NCBI GenBank assembly: GCA_943704425.1
Contig: CALSCP010000335.1
Coordinates: 161,406-225,405 of the forward strand
Reading direction: 5' to 3'
Length of the DNA stretch: 64,000 nucleotides
From: Ministeria vibrans ATCC 50519
Taxonomy: Eukaryota; Protista; Filasterea
Part shown: positions 1 through 14,800 of the stretch, piece by piece
Layout of the letters: every line of letters begins with the position of its first letter
Position numbering within the stretch: position 1 is the first letter of the stretch
Made by a program: the position numbers and the translations under genes
The notes under the pieces: model-generated
What the model saw: the letters and a program-made list of their open reading frames with translations, nothing else
Database searches by the model: none
What the model was told of the DNA's origin: nothing

Positions 1-1962
1 GCGCGTAATCCAACTCATCCAGCAGTACGAACCCACCGAGTCCCTGCGCAAGAATCTGAACCTGTCGATGGACGGCCTCACGCGCTACTTGCTGAGCGAA
101 GACAACGCAGTCGTCGACCCCCTCATCTGGACTCTCCATCAGGACATGACGCAGCCCCTCAACCACTACTTTATCAACAGCAGTCACAACACCTATCTCA
201 CCGGCCACCAGCTTAGAGGCGAGTCTGCCGTTGAGATGTACATTCAGGTATCTTTCTTTCGTGTTTAATCTCGTCCAACACCCTCTCACCTCTCTCTTCC
301 TTTGCCCGTTTAGGTGCTCCTTTCAGGCTGCCGCTGCGTCGAGATTGACATTTGGGATGGTGACGATGGGATTCCCATTGTAACACACGGTCACACGCTC
401 TGCACAAAGTATCTCTTCCTTTCTCACTCAACCGTCTTTCAACTTACTCTTCTTTTTATGAATTTTTTCATCTTATTCATAATTTTCAGGATCAAATTCC
501 GCGATGTTGTGTTTGCTATTGCCAAGTACGCTTTTGACGCGAGTCCCTACCCGGTCATCTTGAGCTTTGAGAACCACTGCTCTATTCCCCAGCAGGTATT
601 AATCAACCAACGAAACGGTGTGTACTGCAACCGCGACCCACCACTCACTTTCCGTGCCCTCTTTGTCGTTGTGTGAAATGTATTAGGAACTCATGGCCAA
701 GGATTGCAAGGAGGCTTTTGGAACACTCTTATGCACCGAGTTTGTCGAGGGTTCTCTTGATGATCCGCCTGAGAAGTTGCCGTCGCCCGAAGACCTCAAG
801 TACAAGATTCTGATCAAGAACAAGAAGCGAACGGACCAGGTAAGAACTCCCAAGCTAACGGGCACTTCTCCGCGCGAGCCTCATGCACGCTTTCACTCAT
901 ATATGCTGCCGTGTTTTTAGGAAGAGATAATGCGCTCGGGTAGCGTGAGATCACAGTCGTCACTTGAAGCACAGGCTGCAGCGGCATCGTTGACGCCCGA
1001 AGTGGGCGGCAAGAAGAAGAAGAAAAAGGGCAAGGCACCGATGGAGGAGCCCGTCGTCGTCGAGTACCATTCGTCGGCCATGATTGAATTTGACGATGAA
1101 GATGACGAGACTGCTGCTGCTCCCTCCCCGGATCCCACGGCGGAATCCAACGCTGTTGTTTCTGCGATAGCCGACAGCTCCAGTATGCCCTACTTTTTTT
1201 ATTATTTTTTTTATACTTTCCCGCTCATTCGTGTTTTTTATGTAGACACCCGCAAGCCTAGCATCGATGAAGTTCCTTCTACGGATCTTTCTGCAGTACC
1301 TACCATTGACGTGACTCCGTCGGCTGACGAGAATGGCCCAACAGATGAGGCAGGAGCCGGAACGTCAGGCTCTGCCCTCTCCGCCACCTCCGCCACCTCC
1401 GCCACCTCCGCCACTGATTCCCTATCACCTTCGGGTGCCGCCCTTTCCTCCAACGCTCTTAGTGTGGAGCCGCCCAAGAGCGGAAAGCACGTTGCTCAGT
1501 CACTGAGTGACCTTGTCGTCTATGTCCAGTCTGTCAAGTTCAAGTCATTCAAAAAGTCAGCTGCTTCAGGTAAAACTCAATGATACCTACGTCATTTACT
1601 GATCTATTTTAATTTATCTGGTTCTACAGCGAAATGCTGGCAGATGAGTTCCTTTGCAGAGAACAGTGCGGAGAAACTGGCGGCGAAGATGGCCAAGCAG
1701 TGGGTGGAGTATGGAATCCGACAAAATTCACGCATTTATCCGCAAGGCAAGCGCATCGAATCGAGCAACTACAACCCACAGACCATGTGGAACTGCGGTG
1801 TGCAGATGGTTGCGCTCAACTTCCAGACTCCCGACACGTACATGCAGCTCAACACGGAATTTTTCAAGCAGAACAACAACTGTGGTTACCTACTGTACGT
1901 GTTGGTGTATTTGTTTGTGCGTGTGAGTGTGTCAATGTGTGTGTGTGTGTGGTCTTTACTGT

Positions 1963-2011
<49 letters not shown>

Positions 2012-2784
2012 GTCTTTACTGTTCGTGTGTGTGTGAAGTCGTGGAGCAGTTGCACAATGTGACTCAAATGTTATTCGCTTCATTGTAGGAAGCCAGCCGT
2101 CATGAGAGCATCTCTTGGCTTCAATCCCAACCACAAGGGCGCTTTTGAGAACATATTTCCTCACCAGGTGTGTCGACCACTCCTTCAAGAGATTTGTTTG
2201 TTCACACGAGTGGGGGTGTTTTCTCTCTTGTTTTCCAGGTGACGGTGCGTATCATTTCCGGACAGCATCTACACATTGGCAAACACAGCACGCCGCATGT
2301 CGAACTGGAGGTGTTTGGTGTGCCACAGGACGAGTTCAAGTGGAAGACTGGCGTAGCGCCGGCGAGTTTCACGCCCACTTGGGACAACGAGAAGGCGACT
2401 TTCAAGGTGAGGGAGATGGAACCTTAGACCAGATCGATTCTCATTGTGCATTGTTTGTGTAACCTTTTGCAGGTGATGATGCCTGAGCTGGCCAAGGTGC
2501 GTCTCGGAGTGTACGATGGGTCGAACCTCGTTGGTCAGGCAGTCCTTCCCATTGCCCATCTTCGCCAAGGTACCTAAAATTACGACCCTTTTGTGTGTGT
2601 CGCTCATTGTGTCCCATTTCTGACTTTGATTTTTTTTATAGGCTACCGTCACGTCAACTTGCTCTCTGGGCGCAGCGAAACACTTGAGCTGTGCTCAGTG
2701 TTTGTCAACATCAAACTGGACGATGTTGTCCCCGAAGAGCACAAGGACTTTATGGCCGCCCTCATGAAACCCGGCCAGTCTTAA
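1..2784 (+). CDS. Phosphoinositide phospholipase C, PLC-beta-like; 5' partial, multi-exon
   Basis: X box [44 protein letters not shown]; Y box [25 protein letters not shown]; C2 domain VRIISGQHL...GYRHVNL. GT-AG introns restore the frame; stop at 2782-2784. Confidence 0.93.
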
Positions 2785-3063
2785 ACTATTGTCTCTCTCT
2801 TTTTTGTTTTTCCCTCTCTCACTTTGTGTCTCTCTGACTCCTCTCTTTATTACATGCCTTTCTCACTCCTCCATCACACGTCTTTCTCACTCCTATATTA
2901 CATGACTTTCTCACTCAGTGATTATCTCTATCACTTTGTGTCTCTCTCCCTCCTCTCTCTCTCTCGCTCTATTCACTCCTCGTACCTAGTGAAATACAAC
3001 TACACTATAACACTGATAATATAATATAAGAGAAAGACCAACTTTGCTTCTTTCCTGGTGTAT

Positions 3064-5121
3064 TCAATTGACAAAGCTGCGGCCCTCCACAAAGCGGGTG
3101 ATCATGTCCATGGCACGCTCGGGCTGGTCGTGCGGTAGAATGTGGCCTGCGGTGCGCACAATGACTTGCGTGAACTGTTTGACATTGCGCACGAATCCGG
3201 CTACTTCAACGTCGCTTGACTTGACCTACGAGCATGAGTGTGCAGTCGATATATAAGAAATGTCTTAAGGTATGCAAATGACTGTAGTAGTAACCTTCCA
3301 GACAGTCTTCTGGGCGTTCTGATACTCGTGTTGTCCACTCCACTGAACGGTGGGCAAGAAGAGCTCAGTGAGAGCGCCCGCAATGATGACGTCGAGCTGG
3401 CCTGAGTAAATGAGCACCTAAGCGCAAAATACGCGTCGTGTAAGCATGGGTTGTACATGGTATTGTGGTGTACCTTGTAGTTGTCCATGAGAACGGACAG
3501 CTCGTACTTGAGGGACTTCATGAAGTCCTCGAGCAGGTGCATCTCGCAGTTGTGGCCGTCCTGAAAGGCGTGGGTGCCAACGTGGATGGCCTCGCGCACA
3601 GCAGGCTGGTTGAGGTACTTGGGATAGTAGGAAAAGGACGGCGGATCGACCGTGAGCAGAACTAAGCATGTCAAGCAGAGAAGAGATGAGGGGGAGTGCA
3701 ACAAAACGAAACAAAAAAAAGTGAGTGGGTGTGTGTTTGTGTGTGAGAGAGAAGAAGAGCGAGAATGCGGAGAAGAAAGAAAGCAAAACAAATTGTGATG
3801 GCATACAGTTATCATAGTTGAGGGAGCCAGTGATGTTGTAGACGTAGGTGGGGTACGGGTAGACGTCGCCGTTGAGGAACTCGTCCCACGACTTGAAGGC
3901 ATCGAGCCAGCGCTTCTGCTCAATAGCTTGCGTCGACTCGCGCACGTAGTTGCGGATCACCTCCACTTCGTTCTGATCGGCAAGGCCCAGGTTGAAGAAG
4001 AGCTCGGGGTAGCCCTGCAGCTGAATAATGGGGTCGATCCCTACACACGCACACACACACATACATGGCACGTAAATGGGGGCACGTAAACGAGTCACAA
4101 ACACACATGGAAACGGATTACAAACCCACACACACACACACACACATATATAATTATAGGCGTACATCCATCGCCAATGGCCACGCCGGCGAGGTTGATT
4201 ACAATGCCCTCAGACTCGCCCGCCACAATCGCCTGGTTTTCAACGTGAATCTTGTATGAGATGGCCGGGCAGTAGTGTCCTACAAATGCGAGTTAAAGGC
4301 AAGCATGTTCACGTTTCATCCTTTGTACCTCCATAAGACTCCTGAATCCAACCGGCAAGTTAGGAGAGAGCGAAAGAGAAAAACAGAATGAGATGGTTCA
4401 CTCCCTCTTTCTCATTGATTTTTCACGTCACGTACTCCAGTCACGTAGAATTCGTTCTTCTGCTGCTCCGGGAAGATGGCGTAGAACTGCTGGAGGAGCG
4501 AGTAGAGGTCGCGCGCAACGTCGCGCTCGTTGGTCGCATACCCTTCGTCTGTGTCGGTGTACGAGAAGCCGGCGCCCACAGGGTTGTCGACAAAGATCAT
4601 GGCGTACTCGTTGTTCCAGGTAATGGCACGCTCGCTGACCTTGAGCTGCGCGTCCACCTGGAGCGGTCCGTTCTCGGCAAACAGGCCAAACATCGACGAG
4701 CCGCCGGGTCCGCCTTGAAGCCACATCAGCAGAGGCGCAGTCGCGTTGCCGTTCTTCGCAGGGAAGTACCAGAAGAACATGTTGTTGTTGTTGGTCTCGT
4801 TCACCGTGATGAAGCCCGCATAGCTCTCCTGCGAGCCAATGCCGTGCACCCGACTGAAAAAAAAAAAAAGATGCGTTTGCAGATCAGAACAAGGATGCTC
4901 TCACGCTCGCACGCAACCCATCGAGACACGCCCCACAGCTGCGCCTACCTTGCATTGCGGGTGATCTCGGGTCCAGAGGTGCGCATCAGCTCAGTCAGGT
5001 GGACGCTCGAGTCCGTCATCGATGGCGGCGCAAACTCCGGTTTGACCGGACGCGAATAGTCGCCAAGCGCCGAACACGCATGCACAACCGCAAGGGTACA
5101 CAGTAGAACAGAAACCCTCAT
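3064..5121 (-). CDS. Secreted serine carboxypeptidase, family S10 (CPVL-like), multi-exon
   Basis: Signal peptide MRVSVLLCTLAVVHA; WLQGGPGGSS; DNPVGAGFSY; catalytic GESYGG rebuilt across a microexon; C-terminal AGHILPHDQPERA. Confidence 0.92.
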
Positions 5122-5354
5122 GCAGTAAGTAAAAAGTAAAAAAAAAAGTTTTTTGGTTGTGACTTCAGTGAGATCGAATTGACAGACAAGGGATTAATCA
5201 GATCATCCAAGTTTGTTTTACTTTTTTCACACACCACACCAAACTCGAGTACAGGACTGTACTCACTCTAGCTTCCGCTACACCTTCAACCAATCTTTTC
5301 ACCGGCCCGAGTGTCTCACTCGTTGGAACCAGCCGCTTCGTTTTCCACAAGAAC

Positions 5355-5395
<41 letters not shown>

Positions 5396-5849
5396 GACAA
5401 AAAACAGCAAATGACTTGACAAGACAGCGAGAAGAGTGGCAGACGATAGAGCACACACAAAGCATGGCCGGCCAGCCCGCCCTCACACGCACACAGACAC
5501 CGCAAACTCGTCAGGAGCGTCTCGATGAACCAAACACCCCCAAAGCGCCCCTCGCCCGCCCTTCCCCCGCTTTCTCATCGCTCTGACCTTTTCAATTGCC
5601 GGGTTGATGATCTCTTTTAAAGCGGCCATCTCGAAAAGCTATAAAACTAAAACAACTTTACACTTGACTGACTGAATGGAAATTATGGAAGTAACTTTGG
5701 AGTATGAAAATATAATACAACGAAGAGAAATACAACGCTTCCGCCATAGACCAAGTAGGCAGTAGCTCCAGGAAGAAATTTAGAAGATGGAGCATCATAG
5801 ACTTATAGACCCAAGTTTTAACTTTTAATTCAAATTCTTTCGCACGCCA

Positions 5850-8800
5850 ATGGCTAGTGGCGGGGACATCGTGTCCGTTGCTGCGGCCAGTAGCGCCGCT
5901 GTGGACATGCCGTGTTTCAGCGTGTCGCGCACCAAACTCGACTTTGGTGATGTTGTCGTGGACGGACGACGTTCCCTCCAACTTGTCGCCCTCTCGTCGC
6001 TTCACGACCATCTTCCAGTGCTCGTGCGCCTTCAGGCGGCCCCCAAGGTTGACTTGACCTTTCAGTTGCACAACGAAAACATCGCGGCGGAGGGTACGGT
6101 CGCACAGGCTCAGTATTCGGAGCTGTTCGACGAAGTCGATTTTGTGCGCGAAGTCATCCTTGCCCCCCGAGAAACACGCACCATCGTGGTCCTCTTCAAG
6201 GGGCAGAGTGCCATCAGCGAGCCCGAGACGCCAGGCGGCGGCGGCGGCGGCGGCGGCTCCAGTGCCGCCACTGGCTTGAGTACTGCTTCGGTCGCCGCTG
6301 CCTCAACTTCAGATCCTTTCACAAACGCTTTCGCTTCCGCCCTCGACGGCGATCACGCTGACGACATCGAACGTTACACCTTTACACCGTTCAAGTCGAC
6401 TGTTGTCTTTCATGGCGCACCGCTCTCGCCTCATCACAACGACGACGACAACGACTCCACCAACAGCAACAACAACACCATCACTCGACGTCACGGTGAG
6501 ACGTCCTTGTCCTTGCGCATTCGCGCACGCGTCTGTCGAAGTGTACTCGCCGTGCAATTTGACGACACCGACTTGCTGTTTGATCCTTGCCTCGTTGGCA
6601 AGTCCAGTCATGGACGCTTCACCCTGTGGAATCGCAGCGAGATCAACGTGGACTACTCACTCGATGTGCGTCCCGTCAACTCGCTCCAACCCGCCTGCTC
6701 CCTCACCTTTAGCGATTTTGAAACGGGCCAGACCATCACGTCAGGCACCCTCTCCGGCTTTGCCCATCGACGCATTCTTGTCACATTTGTACCAACCCAA
6801 GCGGGCCGTTCTCACACCGAAATCCACATTGAGAACACGCACAACCTCGCCAACGTCGCCGCGGTTCACATCCAAGCTTTTGCCTTTGCGCATGCTCCCA
6901 TTCCCGAACCGCTTGTGGCCGTTGCAGGCGATCGCAACGACGCTGGATTCATTGATTTTGGCGACTGCTACACGGCCATCCCACGTACCCGCCGTCTCGT
7001 CCTTACCTCCCTTGCCGACTCCACCCTCTTTGTCTCCTTCTCGTCGCTCACGTCGCATCGCTCGTCCCTTCACAAAAAAACACGCAATCCGCTTGCTCCC
7101 TACGACATTACAGTCTCCTACGACGAACGCCCTCTACAGTCACCAACCGTTGTGTCTGGTGGCACGCCTGCTCTCGACCCAACGGCAAGCACCCAGACGG
7201 CCCTCCACGAGATCGACGACGACACCTCCGCGACGGCCGCCACTGCTGCTGCTGTCGACGCCCAGTCCGAGGCACTCGATGAGGTCACCCTGCGGCCCCA
7301 CGAGACAGTCGCTCTACTCATTCGCTTCACACCACACGTGAGTGACTCCCACGTCGGTGCACACCGTCGCGCACGTTTCTCTCGTCTTGCTTTCACCATG
7401 CAACTCCACGTCTCACTTCCCCCTGACGAGTGCTGTGCTCCCTCTTCCTCTTCTCACTTCAAACTACTTCCTCTCACGCGTCACCTTGACGACGACTATC
7501 GCAACACTCAACTGTACCATGGCGCTGACTCTGACTGTTTGCGAAACACAGCCACCTCTACCCTTCCCAGCTCAACAGTCACCGCCGTCGCCTTGCCTGC
7601 TACACACGACACGTCGCACCCCGCGACGAAGCGCGTCTCAACATTACTCACCGCCGCCACACGTCAGGGTCACAGTGACTACGCTGATGTGGCCGAGTCC
7701 GCGTCACATCACGACCCGTCGCTCAACAGCCGAGTCTACTACGCTAACAGCCAGAGCGCTGCCAGAGCTACCCCTGCGCGACTTGGTCATCCGCGTCGCT
7801 CCACCTTGCTCTTGTGGTGTCGCGCTCGTGCCTGCACTTCCATTGTGACCCTCTCCAAGTCGGTGTTTCATGTGGGTGATGTGTGTGTGGGCAGCGTGAA
7901 GGAAGTGTGCGTGCAGGTGTGCAACATGAGCGACCTGCCCGCTCGAATCCGCTGCATTTTTCGCTCCACAGTAGTCACCAGTGAGCACACGGGTACCATC
8001 ACCATCCCATCACATGGCTGGGTAGATCTGCGCTTTAGAGTGTCACCTCGGACTGTCGACCCCGGCTACTCCAAGGTTATCTCCATCGCAAACGAACTCA
8101 ACACCTCCAATCGACTGTCTCTCGAAATTCGCTGCCACCTCGTCGATCCCAAGGGCACCTCGTTGCACGCCCTGTACTATTCGCTCCTTTTGCCCAACAG
8201 CTCTCGCGGTCAAATTCCCCTTGGCACAACACTTGCTCCTTCCCTTCGCACCATCACCGTCAGCAACATCACCTCTGCTCCCCTCACACTTGCACTCACC
8301 TCGTCAGCTCCCACCGAAGTTGCCCTCTTTCGCCCAGGTAGTGCCTCTTCCTCGCATTACCATGCCGATGTCTCCACAACGAACTATCCCAGTAGCAACG
8401 TTTCCAGAGCACACGATTATTCTACCACATACACCAGTCACGACAGTCGCGTTGGGGCAAACCTAGACGAATCATCGCCGCTTGTTCACAAACGAGCCAT
8501 CATGCGAACACCACCCAGCGAGCTGAGAAGTGTCCCCGCGGCCAGTCGAACACCCGATATTCTTCCCTCGTCCACTCTGGAGTTGTCCGCATCATCCGCC
8601 CGAGTGGCCACTGTGCCACAAACCAGCACACCGGCGATGCATGAGCTCACCAGCATTCCGCCCAGTCCGCTCGCTGTACACTTCTCGTCTCCGCCCCCCG
8701 TCTCGCCACCCTTGCCACACCTTTCGTCCAGCGCCACAGCCGCAGCCAGTAGCTCAACGGCAACGTCCGCTGTTGGCGGAGGCGACGATGACTGGCGCAG

Positions 8801-11800
8801 CAGTCATTACCTTGACTTGGCCGTTGCTCGCTCGCGTGTCAACATGGATTCGTCAGTTGTGGGCACGTCGAGCGGTGGCGGAACGGCCAGCGTACCGTCA
8901 GGCACAGAGCACGCGCAAAAGGCAACGCGAAATCTCTCCATAGAGTTGCCGTCAATGGGTGCGCCATTTGGGCGTGTACCATCATCGCTCGACACGCTCG
9001 ACGCTGAACGCATTGGCAAGTCCCGGTCGCGTCAACGACGTCCTTACATCCGCCTTCTCAGTGGTGGTAGTAGTGGCAATGGTGGTGCCAATGCCAATGG
9101 TAGCAGTGGCGGTGGCAGTAATGGCAGTAGCAACAGCGTTGGGGGTTCCAGTGATCCTCTTTCGGGGGGCCACGAGAGCGACATTGGCGACACCAAAGAC
9201 CTGGATCGGGCTCGTGGTCCGCGTCGCCGAGGCCATCGTCGAGACAATAGCACATATCGTCGCGAAGTTACATCCCAGAAGAGCTCACGATGGGCCGGTG
9301 GCGACCCACATGACAAAGGAGGCGACGATTACGGCAACACTGATGACAACAACAACAACAACGACGACGACGACGACGACGACGATGATGATGATGATGA
9401 GGATGACGACGACGAAGACGATGTTGATGAGGATGATGACGAAGAAGTGGTTGAGTCTGGTGCAGGACGAAATGTTGGTCGTCGATCGACGATCTCAGGT
9501 CTAAGAGGTGTTGATGGAGAAAGAGGAGGAGGAGGAGGAGGAGGAGGTGGTGGTGGTGGTGGTTTGGCTGGGAGCAGGCGGCACTTGCATCGTCTTCATG
9601 GTACGGACGGTGCAGACGACAAAGGCTCTTTGAACGACGACGTGCGTATGAAGAACGAGCATCGATGGCGTCGACGTACACGCGCCGGCAGTGACATTGA
9701 CGACGATGATGACGATGACGATGATGATGGTGGTGGTGGTGACGACGACAACGACCGTCGTGACAATAGCAATGTCAAGTCAGAAGAGGTTCTTGGTCGC
9801 ATGGTCAAGGGTGTCTCACACATGCCGCATCATGTGGGACGTAGTGGACGGCTGGTAAAATCGACGTCCACCAAGATTTCACCCTTGTCCATGTCAGGTG
9901 TGGCAGGCAACGCGTCAAGCTTGAGCTCCAACATGCCCGCCTCGACGATGGGTCCGTCACGCTCTTCGGAGCAGACCCAGAGTCGCCGTCGTGGTCGATA
10001 CCCTGCGCATGTTCGAAGACGAGGACGTGGGCCTGTGCCTGAGCAGGACGATGACAGTGGTGTTGGCGAAGAGTTCCTCGCCTCATTACGCGATGCTTCT
10101 GACACCATTCCCGTCTCGCCTGTGAAGCGCAAAGCCCGCAAAAGTGTGCGCCCTAGCAAGCTTTCACGCACCTTAGATACCACCGAGGGCGGCGTTGCAA
10201 GCTACTCCGGCGGCAAGAGCAATATCAATGGACATGACAAGAAGGGCGTGGAGGACGGGAAAGCACATGACGATGACGATGATGATAATAACGATGATGA
10301 TGATGATGACGATGGCGACGACGATGACGATGACGATGACGATGATGATGATGATGACAATGACACCGAGTCGCGAGTGCGTGATAGTGATGAGGTTTCT
10401 GCCGAAGAGGACAGCGACGGTATGGACATGGCTCGTGTCGATTTGGAACGCGACGAAGAGAATGGCGACGACGACCAGAGCCGCCGCCCTCCTTACGACG
10501 AAGACAACGGCAACGGCAACGACGACGATGGCGACGATGACACGGAAGATGAACGCGATCCGCTTGAGGCACTGCTAGACCAGTTGCGTGACAGTGAGCC
10601 TCTTACACCTCACCAGCTTGTACAGTGCCACGAAGAACTCAAACTGTACACGCACTACGACTCGGCTGGCGACGAAGAGATTGCGGTGCGTTTGCACGAA
10701 AAGCTTTTGCAGGACACCGCTTTGGCGCAACAGGACGGTCGGTTGCTGGCACTGGTTAACAATGTGGTTGAACTCGCGCCCAAGGGCCACGTTGAGCTTT
10801 TCCTACTGTACACACCACCGCCACCCACGTCAGCGGCGAGTGCTCAGAGCGCTGCGACGCCCGAATTGCAACTCTCACTTGGCGCCGGCTCGTCCCTTTC
10901 TACTCGCACCGTCAACTTGTCCATCCGTGTGCTACGTGGCGACACAAACCGCACCCAAATGCCCGTTGAGGAGATGCCCGAGAATGTGGTGCCGGTGCGC
11001 GCACGTGTGTGCTCGAGTGGCGTTGCCATTGCCCAGCGCAACATCAACTTGGGCACGCTGGAGAAGCACGAGGCGCTCTCGCGTCGTCTTGTCGTTGTCA
11101 ACCACAACCCGGTGCCGCTGCCCTTCAAGGTGCGCAAAACCGGTAGCATTGCCAGTGGCTATTTGACGTTTCCGTCGGGTCGCTACGGAGTGGTCAAGGC
11201 CAATGCCCAACGCCAGATCAACTTTGTGTTCCGTCCCGCCATGCACGGCATCTTCAACGAGACGCTCACCGTTGTCAACGCACTCATGCCTGAGCAGCAT
11301 GTCACCATCCAGATCAAGGCGAATGTGCGCAAGCCGTCGCGCTTTCAGCTTGGTTCAACGGCGCCCATCGACTGTGGACAACTTGAGGCGGACATCGAGA
11401 GCGACGAGTATCCCATTGAGATCACCAATGTGTCCAAGCGCGAACGTCTTTTTGTGGTCAGCTGCGACTTTGAGCGTGCTACCTGGCCTGCCCCCGTCTA
11501 CGTCGCATCCGTGGTTATTTCGCTACGTCAGGGCAAGGAATCACAGCTTGACTCGGGCCAGGGTGCTGGCCAGGTGCACCTCACCAAGGAGGACCACGAC
11601 GCCATTGATGCGCTCGAGCGCAAGGTGCGCAAGTACGAGTCGCGTGGCCAGCTCGATCGAGTGAAGAAAGCTCGTGCCAAGATACACTTTCTCAAGACAG
11701 GCGAGGCTGTGGCGGACAGTGGCGAAGATGGAGGTGACACGACGGACGCGACGAGTGCCAGCGAAGACGAGTCGGACTACAATGGACGCGGCAGCACTCC

Positions 11801-14800
11801 TTCATCGACGGTCATGTCTACTGCCCGTTTGCACTCCTCATCACTGGGACTCACCGCACGCGACAATGGAGTACGCTACATTGTGCGTCTCGCCGCCAGT
11901 CGTCGATGCACACTTCAAGTGGCGTTCAAGCTAAACGAACGCCACGTCGGGGGCACGACCGCTGCCACCACCCCATTGACTGCACCACGATCGTCAGTGG
12001 GATCGTTGCCTGTCATGGTTCAAGAGTATCACAATCCCGACGTGATCAATACGGTCACTTTCAATGCAACCTACTTGCACCGCAAACGTTCAACCGCCCT
12101 TTCTGCACCGCCCATCCAACAGCTCTTTCACGGCCAGCTTGCCATTGACGAGTTTCAACGGCGCACCACAGTGCGACCTGATCCAGTGCCCGCTCCCGAG
12201 GCCCTGACCGGCCTCGAAGTGTCACCCGCCACTCTCGACGTGGGCGCAGTGACTGTGGGTCAGCCGCTTGCCGCAGAATTTACCATGGTCAACACTTCTT
12301 CCAACAACCTTCCATTTGTGGTGCTTGCCGAAGAGGCTCATTTCGATGATGACCACTCTGGCGGTGGTGGTGCTGGCGGCAAGAGAGCCGGAAACAGCAG
12401 TGTGAGTGGTGGAGGTGAGGATGACAGTCGAGGCAACAAGAGCAAGGGAAAGCGGTCGGCGAGCGGGGGTGGAGGCGCTGGTGGTGGCGATGGTTCTGCT
12501 CAAGTGCTACGCTTTGGTGTGATGAATGGAAAACTTGGTGCCAATGCTCGTCTGACAGTGCAGTTCACCTTTACCGCCGTCAAACTTGGTCAGCAGCGAC
12601 ATGCCATTCTTGTGCGCGATCTCAATCAGCGAGTGACTCGATCTATTACCGTGTCTGCGACTGCCCGACCTCCTCACTACGTTGTTGTGACAACGACGAA
12701 CTCCTCTCAGACAACTACCGCCACAACTACGAATCCGCTCTTTTCAACAACAACGGGCCCTGCTGCTGTTACGATGCTGCCAGTGACCGCTTCTGATGGT
12801 GTAGTCACTGTGAGCGAGCAGCCGACCGCCTCGTCGATGACAGCAAGCAATTCGCTGTTCACGCAGGGTGTGCTTGACTTTGGTGCCATGTATGCCAAGG
12901 CCTCGGACGAAAGTCTCATGCGAGTGTTGCCTGTCTCTGTCCGCAACGTGCACGCCTACCCCGTGCGTCTCGCATGGTCAACCAACATTGCCAAGCAAGT
13001 ATCTGTCTTTGCCGACCAGGCTCTGACACAGTCTCTTGCTAAGCCGCTTCTCCTTCCCGTCGCGAGCACCCTTGTTCTCTGGGTGTGTTTGCGTGTGATT
13101 TTGTCCAAGGCTATGATGCAGCATGGTCAGACACGCTCGGTTGTTGGTGGTCTTACGCTCACGCTTGTCCCGAGCGGCGTGGACGCTTGCACTGTTGCCG
13201 AGCGACTCACATTGAGTGTCACTGCCACTGTGGGGCGCAGTCTGTTGCGACTGAGCACGCACTATGTGGATCTGGGCTCGGACGTGGACGTTGACCATCG
13301 CTTTGCGGGCTCCGTGACACTCTCCAACATGACGACACGCTTGCCGTTGCGCTTCTCCATTGATGCCCCACCCGAGCTTGAGTTGAACCGCTCTGCGGGA
13401 GTCCTTGAGCCGTGTTCGCGCCAGCATGACCGCGACAAGCAAACGTCTGGGACGTCGTCGTCGCAAGCGTCGTCTGTGACGCAGGCGCTGCAAGACGGCA
13501 CAGTCTCCAGCGGGCTGGCCAATGGTACAGAGTCGAGTGGCACTTTAGCAATGTTGCTGCCTAGCGAGTTTGTCGTTCATTTCTCGTGTGTGGCATCCCG
13601 ACGTGGTCTGACGCAGCACGAGCTGTGCGTGCGCAACGAGACGGACGATTCGGTGCACAAGGTGACTGTGACCTTCTTTGTCGATCCCGACTGCATTCAT
13701 TCCGACCTTCCGCCCCCCATGAGTGGCCGTGCGATTCGAGAGCTGTCGTTTCCACTTGCGTACGTTGCACGCGTGCCTCGCGACCGGCTACGGCGTCGCA
13801 CTACCCTCATGGAGGTGAGCGGTTGCGTCGACGACGAGCTTGAGTTAGTGCAGCACAACGGTCGCTCATGGCGTCGTCTCACTCTCGTGAATCTCACGTC
13901 GACCGCGATGCAACTGGTGCCGTTTGCTGATGTGCTTTGTGAAATCGTTTGGTGTGATGCCGAGGGAAACCCCCTTATCAATGCGAAGATGCCAGAGCTG
14001 ACTCGCGTCAACGGCAAGAACATTAGCAGCAGCAGCAGCAGCAACAACAACTACAACAATAACAACAACAGTAGCAGTTATGCGGCAATGGTGATGCGGA
14101 AGAGCCGCCGCGAGTACGATCGTGACGAAGGCGATAACGACGACGATAATGATGACGATGACGACGATGGCGAAGATGAACACGATGATGGTGATGATGA
14201 TGATGATGATGATGCGGGTCGCAGTAGTCATGTTCGTCGTAGTGGCAACGGCATGCACGGATCTGACCGCCAACGTGGACGTGGACTTTCGCGCGACTTA
14301 CGCGTCTGTGGTGGCTCTCACCTGCTTGCGGCCAACAGTCAGGTGAGTGCACTTGTGGCGGTACCAGAGCCCGGGTGGCTTGGACGCCGCAAGTGGACCG
14401 AACTGTGCGAGGGGAAGCCCGTGGCGTACCATGGTGCCGTGTACTTTGCACGCGATCGACGCGACACGGCAGAGCTTACGACGGCCGCGGCGGTGTTTGA
14501 GGACATTGTCAAGGTCATTGACTTGGCGTGTACCTTTTGCATGTCGATTGGTGTGGTGGAGCCGAGTCTGTTCCGCATTGGCGACGTAGGCTACATGTCT
14601 GGCTGGTCACACACGCCTGTGTCCTTCTCCGTGCGCAATCTCAGCCATGTGCCCTTGCGTTTCCGTCTCGCCGACCATGTGCAAACCGCCATTGTGAATG
14701 TCGCGCGTCTGCAATCCAACTTGACTCCGGTCGGTCTGAATACTTCGCTGTGTGACACACCCGTGATGTCTCGCCGTGTTATTTCGGCGCAAGACGTGCA

